Assembly: GCA_030151825.1 (NCBI GenBank)
Contig: JASLCP010000025.1
Coordinates: 1 to 35,404 of the forward strand
Direction of reading: 5' to 3'
DNA: 35,404 bases
From: Candidatus Saccharimonadales bacterium
GTDB lineage: Bacteria; Patescibacteriota; Saccharimonadia; Saccharimonadales; Saccharimonadaceae
The position numbers and the translations under genes were made by a program. This document shows positions 8,791-17,180 of the stretch, one piece after another. The notes under the pieces were generated by a model. The model made no database searches and had not been told where the DNA came from. It worked only from the letters and a program-made list of their open reading frames with translations. Position 1 is the first letter of the stretch; the number at the start of each line of letters is the position of its first letter.

Positions 8791-9367
8791 CCTGATACAC
8801 CCGTCTTTTGAGCGCTGATACCACCTCGCTCTCAAACCATGGATTCTTGGCACGCCAGCGAAAGTTGAGCGGACTGGAATGTACCGTCGGAAAATATCTT
8901 GGCAAATACTCTTCGTACGCCCGAACCGTTTCGGTCAAATTCTTTTTGGCGTTCCCCGCCAAATAGTGCTTTTGGGCATAGGCGCCGATCAATACAATCA
9001 ACTCAATATCCGGCATCGCAGCTAGCAGCTGCGGATGCCATTTTTCAGCAAAGCCTTTTCGCGGTGGCATATCACCATGTGCGCCTTTTCCTGGGTAATA
9101 AAAATCCATCGGAATCAACGCAACAATATCCGAGTTATAAAACTGCTCGTCACTCATTCCTAGCCACATCCTGAGCATCTTGCCGCTGGCATCGTCCCAT
9201 GGTACCTGCGACAGTTGTGCTTTTATGCCGGGCGCCTGTCCGATAATCGCAATCTTTGCCCTTGCTCCTGCTGTATAGAGCGGCTTGTAGCCTTTTTCGG
9301 CCATTTCGGCGTTCATTGGATCATCACAAATCTGTCGATAAATGTCATCAAAAATTGATACTGCCAT
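8774..9367 (-). CDS. Uracil-DNA glycosylase superfamily protein
   Basis: 197 aa. Motif A-like IAIIGQAPG and motif B-like VHSSPLN. Its 3' end overlaps the Erm-like gene by 17 nt in convergent orientation. Confidence 0.7.
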   Translation of the reverse strand: MAVSIFDDIYRQICDDPMNAEMAEKGYKPLYTAGARAKIAIIGQAPGIKAQLSQVPWDDASGKMLRMWLGMSDEQFYNSDIVALIPMDFYYPGKGAHGDMPPRKGFAEKWHPQLLAAMPDIELIVLIGAYAQKHYLAGNAKKNLTETVRAYEEYLPRYFPTVHSSPLNFRWRAKNPWFESEVVSALKRRVYQVIASK

Positions 9368-9385
9368 AGTTCTAGTATACGCTCG

Positions 9386-10447
9386 TTAAGCAGCGCGTTT
9401 GGTAACGATATTCGTCTGTCGCCTGGCGAGCGGCTGCACAGTACGTCTTACTGCCGCCGATCCAACAGAAATACCACCAGAAAGCAGCCGATCAGTCATG
9501 TTTTTATGGATATTACCGCGATCACGTCGCAATGAATGATACGCTTGCGGTGAATAGCGCAGTGGATCTGGCAACTGGTCAATCAAGGTTTTAGCCACCA
9601 CTCGAAAATCATCCAGCTGCTGTTGATCACGTTGACCGAACGGAATACCAAATTTGTCACGAATCGCCGGATCGAGCTCGCCAATCGTCACCATGCTCAC
9701 CATCTCGGTCACTGGCATCAAGGCGACTTTTGCCAGCCACCACAGACGAGGCGGAACAGTTTGTGGTCGCGGTGGATTACGATCGAGCGCCATTGAAATT
9801 GCTCGCTCGGCCGATGGATTCATCGTGAGTACCTCGTCAATCATCCGTTGACGATACTCCTGATTTGCCTGATAATCCGCCGGTACATTCTGCATTGGCA
9901 TACCGTAATAGCTATACCATGTCGTCGACTCAAGCTGTAACTGCTGGCGACTTTCCTCGTCAAACGATTCTTGGCTATATTGCTCGGCAGTTTTCTCGAC
10001 ACCGCACCGAAACGTTTCGTGCGCCCAATAAAATGCGTCAGGGCTCAGGGCATTAAACGACCGACCCTGTACGTCCGTCCCATGAATTCCTTGATGTAAT
10101 CGCCGTACATAATTCCCTGCTCGGTACGGGTCTTCGGCATACATCACTGCCATGATTGGCTCCATCGATACCGCCACACGACGATACGGATTACGCCAGA
10201 ATTTGCCCGTATGTTCGACTGCCGCACCGATTGCTGGATGGAGTAATTGTTCAATGCCAATCGCCAATTCGGCACCGTAAATCACCTTCCCTAGCTGACG
10301 CTTGGTGATTGAATCGCCGTCAAGCAACGCTCCCACCAATGGCTCATCATCGTTATTGATAATCACTTGATCGTATTGATCTTTGATAAGAAATTGTCCG
10401 TCAGACAAATCCTGGGGCAGTGGTGCTTTGTATCGTGGACGATCCAT
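9386..10447 (-). CDS. DUF2236 / MpaB-family oxygenase-like protein
   Basis: 353 aa. The core YVRRLHQGIHGTDVQGRSFNALSPDAFYWAHETF matches the DUF2236 pattern (R..H..V.G.d..G..Y.A.dp....W). An AAGGAG RBS lies 5 nt upstream of the ATG. Confidence 0.55.
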   Translation of the reverse strand: MDRPRYKAPLPQDLSDGQFLIKDQYDQVIINNDDEPLVGALLDGDSITKRQLGKVIYGAELAIGIEQLLHPAIGAAVEHTGKFWRNPYRRVAVSMEPIMAVMYAEDPYRAGNYVRRLHQGIHGTDVQGRSFNALSPDAFYWAHETFRCGVEKTAEQYSQESFDEESRQQLQLESTTWYSYYGMPMQNVPADYQANQEYRQRMIDEVLTMNPSAERAISMALDRNPPRPQTVPPRLWWLAKVALMPVTEMVSMVTIGELDPAIRDKFGIPFGQRDQQQLDDFRVVAKTLIDQLPDPLRYSPQAYHSLRRDRGNIHKNMTDRLLSGGISVGSAAVRRTVQPLARRQTNIVTKRAA

Positions 10448-10537
10448 ATGCTCTCCTTGTTGCCAAGAATTATCCCACTCGACCTACAAAATAGCAAGTC
10501 ACTAGCCGTCATAACGTACCCCAGTAGCAACAAACAA

Positions 10538-10546
10538 TGCTATGCT
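10538..10546 (+). promoter_or_regulatory. Extended -10-like box TGCTATGCT upstream of the YhgE-like gene
   Basis: The box ends 6 nt before ATG 10553. The same TGCTATGCTA string recurs at 21812-21821 upstream of the DUF1345 gene. Confidence 0.4.
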
Positions 10547-10552
10547 AGTACT

Positions 10553-11686
10553 ATGACTGTAAAACAATTCTTTTCACAATTTACAAAGCGTGGACAACGT
10601 CAAGCATTTGACAGGCGATTTATTTCTCTGGCAGCATTAACACTGGTCGGGGTCGCGGTATTGCAGCTTATTTTTGCGGCCGTCTATTTGACAGCGTTTC
10701 ATGCTCCGGCGGCACGCGATTTGCCGGTGGCAATCGTTGGCGATAATGCGGTAACAGAGCAACTTGGCAAAGCCTTAGAGCAAAAAAGCGATCATGCCTA
10801 CAAAGCTATTTTGATGACGAACCTATCTGATGCCGAAACACAACTCAAAACACAACAGGTTTATGCCATCTACCAACCAGTTGCCCCTCAGGGAACAGTG
10901 ACGATTGCCGGGGCTAATGGTACCTCCCTTGTTGCTCCGTTGACGACGTCGCTGACCCAACTTGACCATTCGTATCAGGCTCAAGTTCGCCAACAACTCG
11001 CTGGGCAACCAATTGCCGCATCACCTATCGAGACACCAATTGTCAGCGATATCGCTCCTCTTCCCGCCGGCGACCGTAACGGCGTGAGTCTGTTTTATGT
11101 TGCGTTTGCGTCCGTCTTTGGCGGCTATCTCGCGGCAGTCGCCGTTAACTTAGTTCGCGGCAAGCGTGCGTTTTCGAGGAGGCTAGCGGCCATCCGTATC
11201 GCCGGCTTTGCCATTTTTGCCGTCGTCGTGAGCATCGGCACCAGCCTCATTGTCACACACGGCGTCGACGCTATTAGTGTCGATCAGTACTGGACACTTG
11301 CTGGTGTCGCTGCGCTTACCACGTTTGGCGTCAGTTTAGTTGCCAGCGCGCTCGTATCCCTCTTTGGTGTCCTTGGAACAGCGCTTGTTATTGTTCTGTT
11401 TGTTATTTTCGGCACGCCAGCATCGGGTGGCCCTGTGCCACTTTTGCTGACAGGCAATGGTCCTTGGCATGAACTGGCGGCATATCTACCAACCGGTGCC
11501 GCCTTTAACGCACTACGCCAATCGGTCTATTTTGGCGGCATCGATATGATGTCTCATCTATGGATTTTGGTCGGTTACGTGGCGGCTGGCAGTATCGTAC
11601 TCTTGGGATATGGTGCTCGTCGATCAAGCGTCAGCTCATTTGAAGATGATATTGCTGATACCGAATTGCACGACAAAGCAGCCTAG
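10553..11686 (+). CDS. Integral membrane protein, YhgE/Pip- or ABC-2-permease-like
   Basis: ORF 10367..11686, trimmed to ATG 10553 (MTVKQFFSQF...) because the extension overlaps the divergent gene. One N-terminal TM helix, an extracytoplasmic domain of about 170 aa, then about 5 C-terminal TM helices. This is the YhgE/Pip architecture. Confidence 0.45.
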   Translation: MTVKQFFSQFTKRGQRQAFDRRFISLAALTLVGVAVLQLIFAAVYLTAFHAPAARDLPVAIVGDNAVTEQLGKALEQKSDHAYKAILMTNLSDAETQLKTQQVYAIYQPVAPQGTVTIAGANGTSLVAPLTTSLTQLDHSYQAQVRQQLAGQPIAASPIETPIVSDIAPLPAGDRNGVSLFYVAFASVFGGYLAAVAVNLVRGKRAFSRRLAAIRIAGFAIFAVVVSIGTSLIVTHGVDAISVDQYWTLAGVAALTTFGVSLVASALVSLFGVLGTALVIVLFVIFGTPASGGPVPLLLTGNGPWHELAAYLPTGAAFNALRQSVYFGGIDMMSHLWILVGYVAAGSIVLLGYGARRSSVSSFEDDIADTELHDKAA

Positions 11687-12489
11687 CGCGTAGTACTTGT
11701 GGTTATTTGACGAAACTGTTCGTACAAACAAACCGCTGTTGCCGCCGCGACATTCAATGACTCGACTGGCGTATCTGCCTGCGGAATCGACACATGAATT
11801 GTCGCTTTTTCGATAAGCTCCTGACGAACTCCTTGACCTTCATTGCCAACAATCCAGGCGACCGGATGTGTCAAATCAATCGCGTATAGCGACTCGCTCT
11901 TTGGGGATAGTGTCGTTACTAGCACCGGCACCGCTGCTTGATCAACCAGCGCCACCAAGTCCACATCCTCGTGAATCATTAAGCCAAACTGCGCACCCAT
12001 ACCAGCCCGTAAGGCTTTCGGTGACCAGGCCGATGCACAACCATCCGACAGCCATATATGTTTTACACCCGCTGCCGCCGCGACACGCAAAATCGTTCCC
12101 AAATTTCCTGGATCTTGCACCTCATCAAGTAATACCGCCGTATCTGTCAGTACTTCATCACCTGACACATCGGGTGGCGTAAATACCAATGATATACCCA
12201 CTGACGCGTGAATCGCACTCATTGATTCGTACAAGCTATCTGCCACAACTACGCGACGTACACTAGCACCATCAAGCCGCACAGCAAGCGCTGCCACTTC
12301 CGCTCGCTCAAGTGCTGATTCAGCACAAATATACAGATGTGGCACATTGGTGGTATGTAAAAAACTCTGCACCAAATGCGCGCCCTCGGCAACCGCCAAC
12401 TGTTCCTCGCGGCGTGCCTTTGCACTCGAAACCAGTCGTTTGATTTGCTTAACCGTTTCGTTATGTGCCGACGTGATAACTGTTTCCAT
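11683..12489 (-). CDS. TrmH/SpoU-family RNA 2'-O-methyltransferase
   Basis: ORF trimmed to ATG 12489 (METVITSAHNETVKQIKRL). SpoU motifs are present: DPGNLGTILRVAAAAG, IVGNEGQGV, SLNVAAATAVCLYE. Confidence 0.85.
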   Translation of the reverse strand: METVITSAHNETVKQIKRLVSSAKARREEQLAVAEGAHLVQSFLHTTNVPHLYICAESALERAEVAALAVRLDGASVRRVVVADSLYESMSAIHASVGISLVFTPPDVSGDEVLTDTAVLLDEVQDPGNLGTILRVAAAAGVKHIWLSDGCASAWSPKALRAGMGAQFGLMIHEDVDLVALVDQAAVPVLVTTLSPKSESLYAIDLTHPVAWIVGNEGQGVRQELIEKATIHVSIPQADTPVESLNVAAATAVCLYEQFRQITTSTTR

Positions 12490-12496
12490 TATGCCT

Positions 12497-12505
12497 ATTG
12501 TATCA
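12497..12505 (-). promoter_or_regulatory. Extended -10-like box TGATACAAT upstream of the TrmH-family gene
   Basis: The minus strand reads TGATACAAT, 7 nt from ATG 12489, immediately after the terminator of the upstream gene. Confidence 0.4.
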
Positions 12506-12546
12506 AATGAAAATCCCCCAACCCTAGCTATGCTAGAATTGGGGGT
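12505..12546 (-). terminator. Rho-independent terminator after the orphan coiled-coil gene
   Basis: On the minus strand: ACCCCCAA-TT-CTAGC-ATA-GCTAG-GG-TTGGGGG followed by ATTTTCATTT. The plus-strand arms are 12515-12521 and 12539-12545, with an inner stem at 12524-12528/12532-12536. Confidence 0.7.
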
Positions 12547-12572
12547 CTCTTTGCCTCCTCTCATTGTCTTGA

Positions 12573-13226
12573 CTACACTGCTTTACGCTCATCGCCAGCA
12601 GGAATCGGATGATGATTTTGCGGCCCATGAGGCTCGCCAGGGTCACGGCGATAGAGAAGATAGCCGTCATCGGTCAATATGTAATGTCCGTGATATAACC
12701 CATCCGGACGTCCACGCCCACCAAAGTAGAAATGGATCACGTCAGACTCTTCGGTGACCTTCATATTCTCAAAGTGTACTTCGGCAACACCCGCTTTGCG
12801 CGCAAGCATAACGTGCCGAGCAAACTCCGATCGTTGCAGATTGCGATGTCGCTGCCGTGCCTTCATACATACAATCTCAGCCTCTCGCAAGTTCTTGAGC
12901 GCCTTCATGTACCGATGACGTGATGCGCGAATATCTCGCTTCAGCTGATTCTTCTCTTTTCTCAGACGAATCATATTCTCGCGTTCATTGCGAGTATGCG
13001 TTACACGATCGTCAATTCGCTCACGCTCGGCAGTGATCCTCTTGAGCCATTGATCACTGCCAGCATTCATGAATTGATATTCCCGTAATCGTTGGTCGTA
13101 TCGGTCATGAGCTAACCGTTTATCGAGGAGTGCTTGATTGTATGCATCGCCCGCCAACTGTCGTTGTACCGACAACCAATCATCCTGCTGAGCAGGCATA
13201 CACCTTAGTTCGGCACCGCGTGCCAT
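12573..13226 (-). CDS. Hypothetical protein: Arg/Glu/Lys-rich predicted coiled coil plus a small Gly/His-rich C-terminal domain
   Basis: ORF 12573..13256 begins with TTG. ATG 13226 (MARGAELR...) is preceded by GAAGGTGAG. I recognise no family. The C-terminus reads VIHFYFGGRGRPDGLYHGHYILTDDGYLLYRRDPGEPHG. Codon usage is atypical (AAG, GAG, CGA, CGG rich). Confidence 0.55.
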   Translation of the reverse strand: MARGAELRCMPAQQDDWLSVQRQLAGDAYNQALLDKRLAHDRYDQRLREYQFMNAGSDQWLKRITAERERIDDRVTHTRNERENMIRLRKEKNQLKRDIRASRHRYMKALKNLREAEIVCMKARQRHRNLQRSEFARHVMLARKAGVAEVHFENMKVTEESDVIHFYFGGRGRPDGLYHGHYILTDDGYLLYRRDPGEPHGPQNHHPIPAGDERKAV

Positions 13227-13259
13227 GCATCTCACCTTCTTCGTGTTAAAGAGCAAAGA

Positions 13260-13277
13260 GTATGTCTGTTGACATAC
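13260..13277. promoter_or_regulatory. Palindrome GTATGTC-TGTT-GACATAC in the divergent intergenic region
   Basis: 7-bp arms. It overlaps a plus-strand TTGACA (13270-13275) and lies in the probable 5' leader or promoter of the minus-strand orphan gene. Confidence 0.3.
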
Positions 13278-13376
13278 GTATCTATTTTATATCATATACG
13301 CATGGTTATGCAATACTCTCCCGTTATTTGCGCTTTTACACTATTCGGCGCATAGTAGATACAGAGGGAGGTAGAA

Positions 13377-14606
13377 ATGATGGCTACATCACTTGAAGGG
13401 AAAGATATTTCACTATGGGTGCAAACGACAAAGGACACCGCCTATCCGACACTATCAAAGGACACGACGGTCTACGACCTAGCGGTAGTTGGCGGAGGTA
13501 TCACGGGGATCGTGGCAGCCTATTTTGCCAGACGGCGTGGTCTCAAAACTGTCTTAATCGAGAAAAATCAGCTTGTAGCGTGGACAACAGGCAGCACGAC
13601 TGCCAAGCTCAGTTCACAACATTATCTCATCTATGATTATCTAATTCGTCGCCACGGTGAATCGATCGCCAGGCAATACGCCGAAGCCAACCAGCGCGGC
13701 ATCGACGCGGTAGAGAAACTGACGACCAACCTGGGAATCGATAGTGAATTCTCACGGCGCGACGCCTATGTATTTACCGGTAGTACCGACAAAGTTGCGG
13801 CGATTAAAGCAGAGGTCGAAGCCGCCAAGCAACTTGGCCTGCCTGCTAGTTTTGAAACTTCTACCGAACTGCCGTTTTCGGTAACTGCCGCGATCAAATT
13901 CTCGAATCAAGCACAGTTTCATCCGCGCAAATTTTTACTGGGCATCGCTGATGCGTTCACTGAACAAGGCGGCGTGATATATGAACACACCAAAGCAACC
14001 GATATTATCCCAAGTGACACAAATACGATTGTGACCGAATCCGGCAATATACAAGCTCGTCATATTCTTCAGGCCAGCGGCGAGCCATTTTGGCACAATG
14101 AATTATTTGACGGCCACATGTGGCTCAAAATGTCGTATGCGGTTGCCGCAACGCTCAACAATCCAGCCGACTATCCCGCAGGGATGTATATCACCACCGA
14201 TACCCCGATGCGCACGCTGCGTTCAGCAACGTATAACGACAAACCTATCTTGATTTTTGGTGGCGAAAGCCACGAATACAATGAAGCAACATACAACGAA
14301 ACGCTCCATTATCAAACACTCATCAACGACGTACGTAGCCGCTATGACGTTGATGCCATCCTATTCCGTTGGCTGGCGGGCGACTATATGCCATATGACC
14401 GTCTACCCTACATTGGCGCGATGCCCGAGTTTCCTACTATCCATATCATTACCGGCTATCGCGCATGGGGGCTAGCCTGGGCGCTCTCTGCCGCTGAAGT
14501 AATCGTTGGTACTATACTGGGTACACCAGCCTCGTGGGCGGCGCCATTTGGTCTCGAGCGACTGTCGCAACCCGTCCTTGATAGTGATAAAAAGGAAAGG
14601 TTTTAA
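13377..14606 (+). CDS. FAD-dependent oxidoreductase (DAO-family Rossmann fold)
   Basis: 409 aa. Dinucleotide-binding motif DLAVVGGGITGIVAAYFARRRGLKTVLIEKN. Strong RBS GAGGGAGG upstream. Confidence 0.8.
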   Translation: MMATSLEGKDISLWVQTTKDTAYPTLSKDTTVYDLAVVGGGITGIVAAYFARRRGLKTVLIEKNQLVAWTTGSTTAKLSSQHYLIYDYLIRRHGESIARQYAEANQRGIDAVEKLTTNLGIDSEFSRRDAYVFTGSTDKVAAIKAEVEAAKQLGLPASFETSTELPFSVTAAIKFSNQAQFHPRKFLLGIADAFTEQGGVIYEHTKATDIIPSDTNTIVTESGNIQARHILQASGEPFWHNELFDGHMWLKMSYAVAATLNNPADYPAGMYITTDTPMRTLRSATYNDKPILIFGGESHEYNEATYNETLHYQTLINDVRSRYDVDAILFRWLAGDYMPYDRLPYIGAMPEFPTIHIITGYRAWGLAWALSAAEVIVGTILGTPASWAAPFGLERLSQPVLDSDKKERF

Positions 14607-14608
14607 CA

Positions 14609-15139
14609 ATGCTCGCTATGGCAACCATCTACACGATTGGACATTCTACTCATACCATTGACGAATTTATCAGTATTCTCAATACGTACGGCATCAAACA
14701 ACTCGTCGACGTCCGGTCGGTTCCGGGGTCACGCCACAACCCACAATTTGGCCAGAAAGCGCTCGAATCATCACTCGAAAAGCACGACATTGCCTATAGC
14801 TATATGAAAAAATTAGGCGGATGGCGCAACGGGCCAAAAAGCGAACAAAATGCCGCATGGCGCAACGCCTCGTTTCGGTCGTATGCCGATTATATGCAGA
14901 CAGATGATTTTGCCGACGGCATCGATAAACTTACGACACTTGCCAAAAAAGCACCGACTGCTATCATGTGCGCCGAAGCGGTGCCGTGGCGATGCCATCG
15001 TTCGCTGGTTGGCGATGCGTTAACCGTACGTGGCCACGATGTTCTCGACATCATGAGCAAAACGAATAGCTCCAAACATACCCTCACTTCGTTTGCTCGC
15101 GTCGACGGATTAGCGATTACCTATCCGGCGTCCGAGTAA
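14609..15139 (+). CDS. DUF488 domain-containing protein
   Basis: 176 aa. IYTIGHSTHTIDEFISIL...VDVRSVPGSRHNPQF and CAEAVPWRCHRSLV are the conserved DUF488 blocks. Only a 2-nt gap separates it from the upstream gene. Confidence 0.75.
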   Translation: MLAMATIYTIGHSTHTIDEFISILNTYGIKQLVDVRSVPGSRHNPQFGQKALESSLEKHDIAYSYMKKLGGWRNGPKSEQNAAWRNASFRSYADYMQTDDFADGIDKLTTLAKKAPTAIMCAEAVPWRCHRSLVGDALTVRGHDVLDIMSKTNSSKHTLTSFARVDGLAITYPASE

Positions 15140-15761
15140 GCTGTTTACCGAGCTGTACTTTGTCGACGTTGGCGCCAAATACCGGTCCGCCTGGTTCCAA
15201 TAGGCACCCTTTGGCGAGTCTGCCGATTGGCAGCGGGTCAAAGCCTAATCGGTCGATAATTGTCGCAACCGTTACGACATCTTCTTCATTATCGCCTGCT
15301 ATGGCAATCGCTTTTCGACCGGACGCGCCTGCCGGTCGTGGCTCGTCATGCAAGTCATGATAGCCCATATGGTTCAGTGCCTTTACCACACGGGCGCCGG
15401 CCAAAAAGCTCTGCATCGCTTCGCTCGACGACACATCCGGATCGATAATTTCATCACGCAGTCCATCAACTTCCCACCAATGATTCGTCGCATCAATCAC
15501 TAGCTTGCCGTCGAGTGCTTTTTGCGGCAATTCTTTGTATTTTCCGAGCGGCAAGGCGAGGAGCACCACATCGCTGCTTCGCACCACCTCCTCACTCGTC
15601 ATCACCTTGGCACCTGGCGCCAACACCTGCATACTCAGCGCAATCTTGTCAGGCGAACCCGACCCAGCAATCGCTACCTCGTAGCCTGCTTTTAGCGCCA
15701 GCTGTGCCACCACCACGCTCAACTTTCCCGCACCAATAATGCCGATTGTTTCTCCCTTCAT
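15117..15761 (-). CDS. NAD(P)-binding oxidoreductase, F420-dependent-NADP-reductase-like (Npd/PF03807 type)
   Basis: 214 aa. N-terminal Rossmann motif IGIIGAGKLSVVVAQLALKAGYEV. Its 3' end overlaps DUF488 by 23 nt in convergent orientation. Confidence 0.7.
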   Translation of the reverse strand: MKGETIGIIGAGKLSVVVAQLALKAGYEVAIAGSGSPDKIALSMQVLAPGAKVMTSEEVVRSSDVVLLALPLGKYKELPQKALDGKLVIDATNHWWEVDGLRDEIIDPDVSSSEAMQSFLAGARVVKALNHMGYHDLHDEPRPAGASGRKAIAIAGDNEEDVVTVATIIDRLGFDPLPIGRLAKGCLLEPGGPVFGANVDKVQLGKQLTRTPDR

Positions 15762-15762
15762 A

Positions 15763-16812
15763 TTATTTCTCGTCGAGTAATTTGCGGACGCGTGGAATCA
15801 CTTCTTTTCCGTATAGTTCAATCATGTGACGACGCGCCTCGGCCGGAACATCACCAAAACCATACACCATATCAAAGCGTGTCGCACCAACGACCTTCAT
15901 TGCCTTTACAATCTTTGTTGCCACCGTTTCGGGCGAACCAACGTACAGTGATCCATGCTCGACTTCGTGCATAAACTGCTGACGCGTCATCGGCTGCCAA
16001 CCGCGCGTACGACCAATTCGATCCATCTGCCGTTTAAATAACGGAAATGCCGTTTTGATGGCTTCTTCGTCGGTATCGGCAATAAAGCCTGGCGAGTGCA
16101 TACCGACCGGGTGCGGCTCATGACCAAATTCTTTGCTAGCACGTTTGTACAGGTCGACATATGGCGCAAAACGGTCGGGTGATCCGCCAATAATTGCCAA
16201 CATCAACGGAAAGTCATACGACGCAGCACGCACCACCGATTGCGGCGAACCACCCACGCCAACCAATGTTTCAAGTTTGCCAGATTCGGTTTTTGGAAAA
16301 ACATCTGCCTTATCCAGCGACTGTGTATGCGTTCCTTCCCATGTGACCGGTTCTTCTTTTAGCAGCTTACTAAAGAGCTCGATTTTCTCTTCGAATAGCG
16401 TTTCGTAATCGCGCAAATCATAGCCGAAAAGCGGGAACGATTCGGTAAACGATCCACGCCCCAAAATGACCTGGGCACGGCCGTTTGACACTGCATCAAG
16501 CGTCGAAAATCGCTCGAATACGCGCACAGGGTCATCGCTACTCAGCACTGTTACACCCGACGCTAGTTTGATATGTTTTGTCTTACTGGCGATTGCCGCC
16601 AGTACCATTTCAGGACTTGAAATCGCATACTCATCGCGATGATGTTCGCCAAGCGCAATCGCATCGATGCCGAGGTTATCAGCTAACACTGCCTCGTCAA
16701 TCACCAAACGAATCGCCTCGGCATAGTTCGTCGTTTCACCATCGTTTTTTTGGGCCAAATCACCGAACGAATCAAGCCCAAATGTATATGTTTTCATTAC
16801 TTCTTTTGTCAT
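15763..16812 (-). CDS. LLM-class (luciferase-like) flavin-dependent oxidoreductase
   Basis: 349 aa. Contains LGIDAIALGEHH, with TIM-barrel LLM pattern throughout. A 1-nt gap separates it from the downstream reductase gene. Confidence 0.8.
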   Translation of the reverse strand: MTKEVMKTYTFGLDSFGDLAQKNDGETTNYAEAIRLVIDEAVLADNLGIDAIALGEHHRDEYAISSPEMVLAAIASKTKHIKLASGVTVLSSDDPVRVFERFSTLDAVSNGRAQVILGRGSFTESFPLFGYDLRDYETLFEEKIELFSKLLKEEPVTWEGTHTQSLDKADVFPKTESGKLETLVGVGGSPQSVVRAASYDFPLMLAIIGGSPDRFAPYVDLYKRASKEFGHEPHPVGMHSPGFIADTDEEAIKTAFPLFKRQMDRIGRTRGWQPMTRQQFMHEVEHGSLYVGSPETVATKIVKAMKVVGATRFDMVYGFGDVPAEARRHMIELYGKEVIPRVRKLLDEK

Positions 16813-16820
16813 ACTGCCCC

Positions 16821-17114
16821 CTATAGTTTTTCGATATTAATACCGCTCTGCTCTAACAGCGAGCGATTGAGTTGATAGAATTTTTCGACACCAACCTTGC
16901 GCTCCAAGATAACTCCAGCGACCACCAATGTCTGAAAGTGATGGCTCATTGTCGGCTGCGATAGGCTCAGCGCTGCGGCGCATCCCGACACTAATTCTTT
17001 GCTATTCGCTTCGTCAACCTCATGCGCTAATTTGCGCACAATCGATAGTCGTGTCTCGTCACCGAGACTTTTAAAAATGGTTGCTGCGTGATGATGTTCG
17101 TTCATACTATTCAT
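16821..17114 (-). CDS. ArsR/SmtB-family transcriptional regulator
   Basis: The wHTH core FKSLGDETRLSIVRKLA...LSLSQPTMSHHFQTLVVAGVI is typical of ArsR. Start at 17114 (MNSMNE) or 17105 (MNEHHH). There is no ELCVCD-type metal site, only a single Cys (VSGCAAAL). Confidence 0.8.
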   Translation of the reverse strand: MNSMNEHHHAATIFKSLGDETRLSIVRKLAHEVDEANSKELVSGCAAALSLSQPTMSHHFQTLVVAGVILERKVGVEKFYQLNRSLLEQSGINIEKL

Positions 17115-17180
17115 TATATAGATAAATTTAAATATATCAATATATAACACAAAAAATAATAATAGATATACCTATCGCAC

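Noticed and set aside
10367-10552. Upstream extension of the YhgE-like ORF (track start 10367)
   Set aside because: It overlaps the 5' end and promoter region of the divergent DUF2236 gene. ATG 10553 lies directly behind a TGCTATGCT -10-like box and starts a sensible cytoplasmic tail and TM helix.
12524-12536. CTAGCTATGCTAG resembling the TGCTATGCT promoter motif seen at 10538 and 21812
   Set aside because: Here the string forms the inner stem-loop of the minus-strand terminator and has no downstream start codon.
12490-12564. Upstream extension of the TrmH-family ORF (track start 12564)
   Set aside because: The extension runs through the terminator hairpin of the upstream gene (12505-12546). 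ATG 12489 gives a normal SpoU N-terminus.
17115-17160. AT-rich repeats (ATATAT-CA-ATATAT, TTAAATTTAA-like) as a tandem repeat or mobile-element end
   Set aside because: This is low-complexity AT-rich promoter DNA. Such palindromes arise easily by chance there. I kept it only as a possible ArsR operator within the redox-operon finding.
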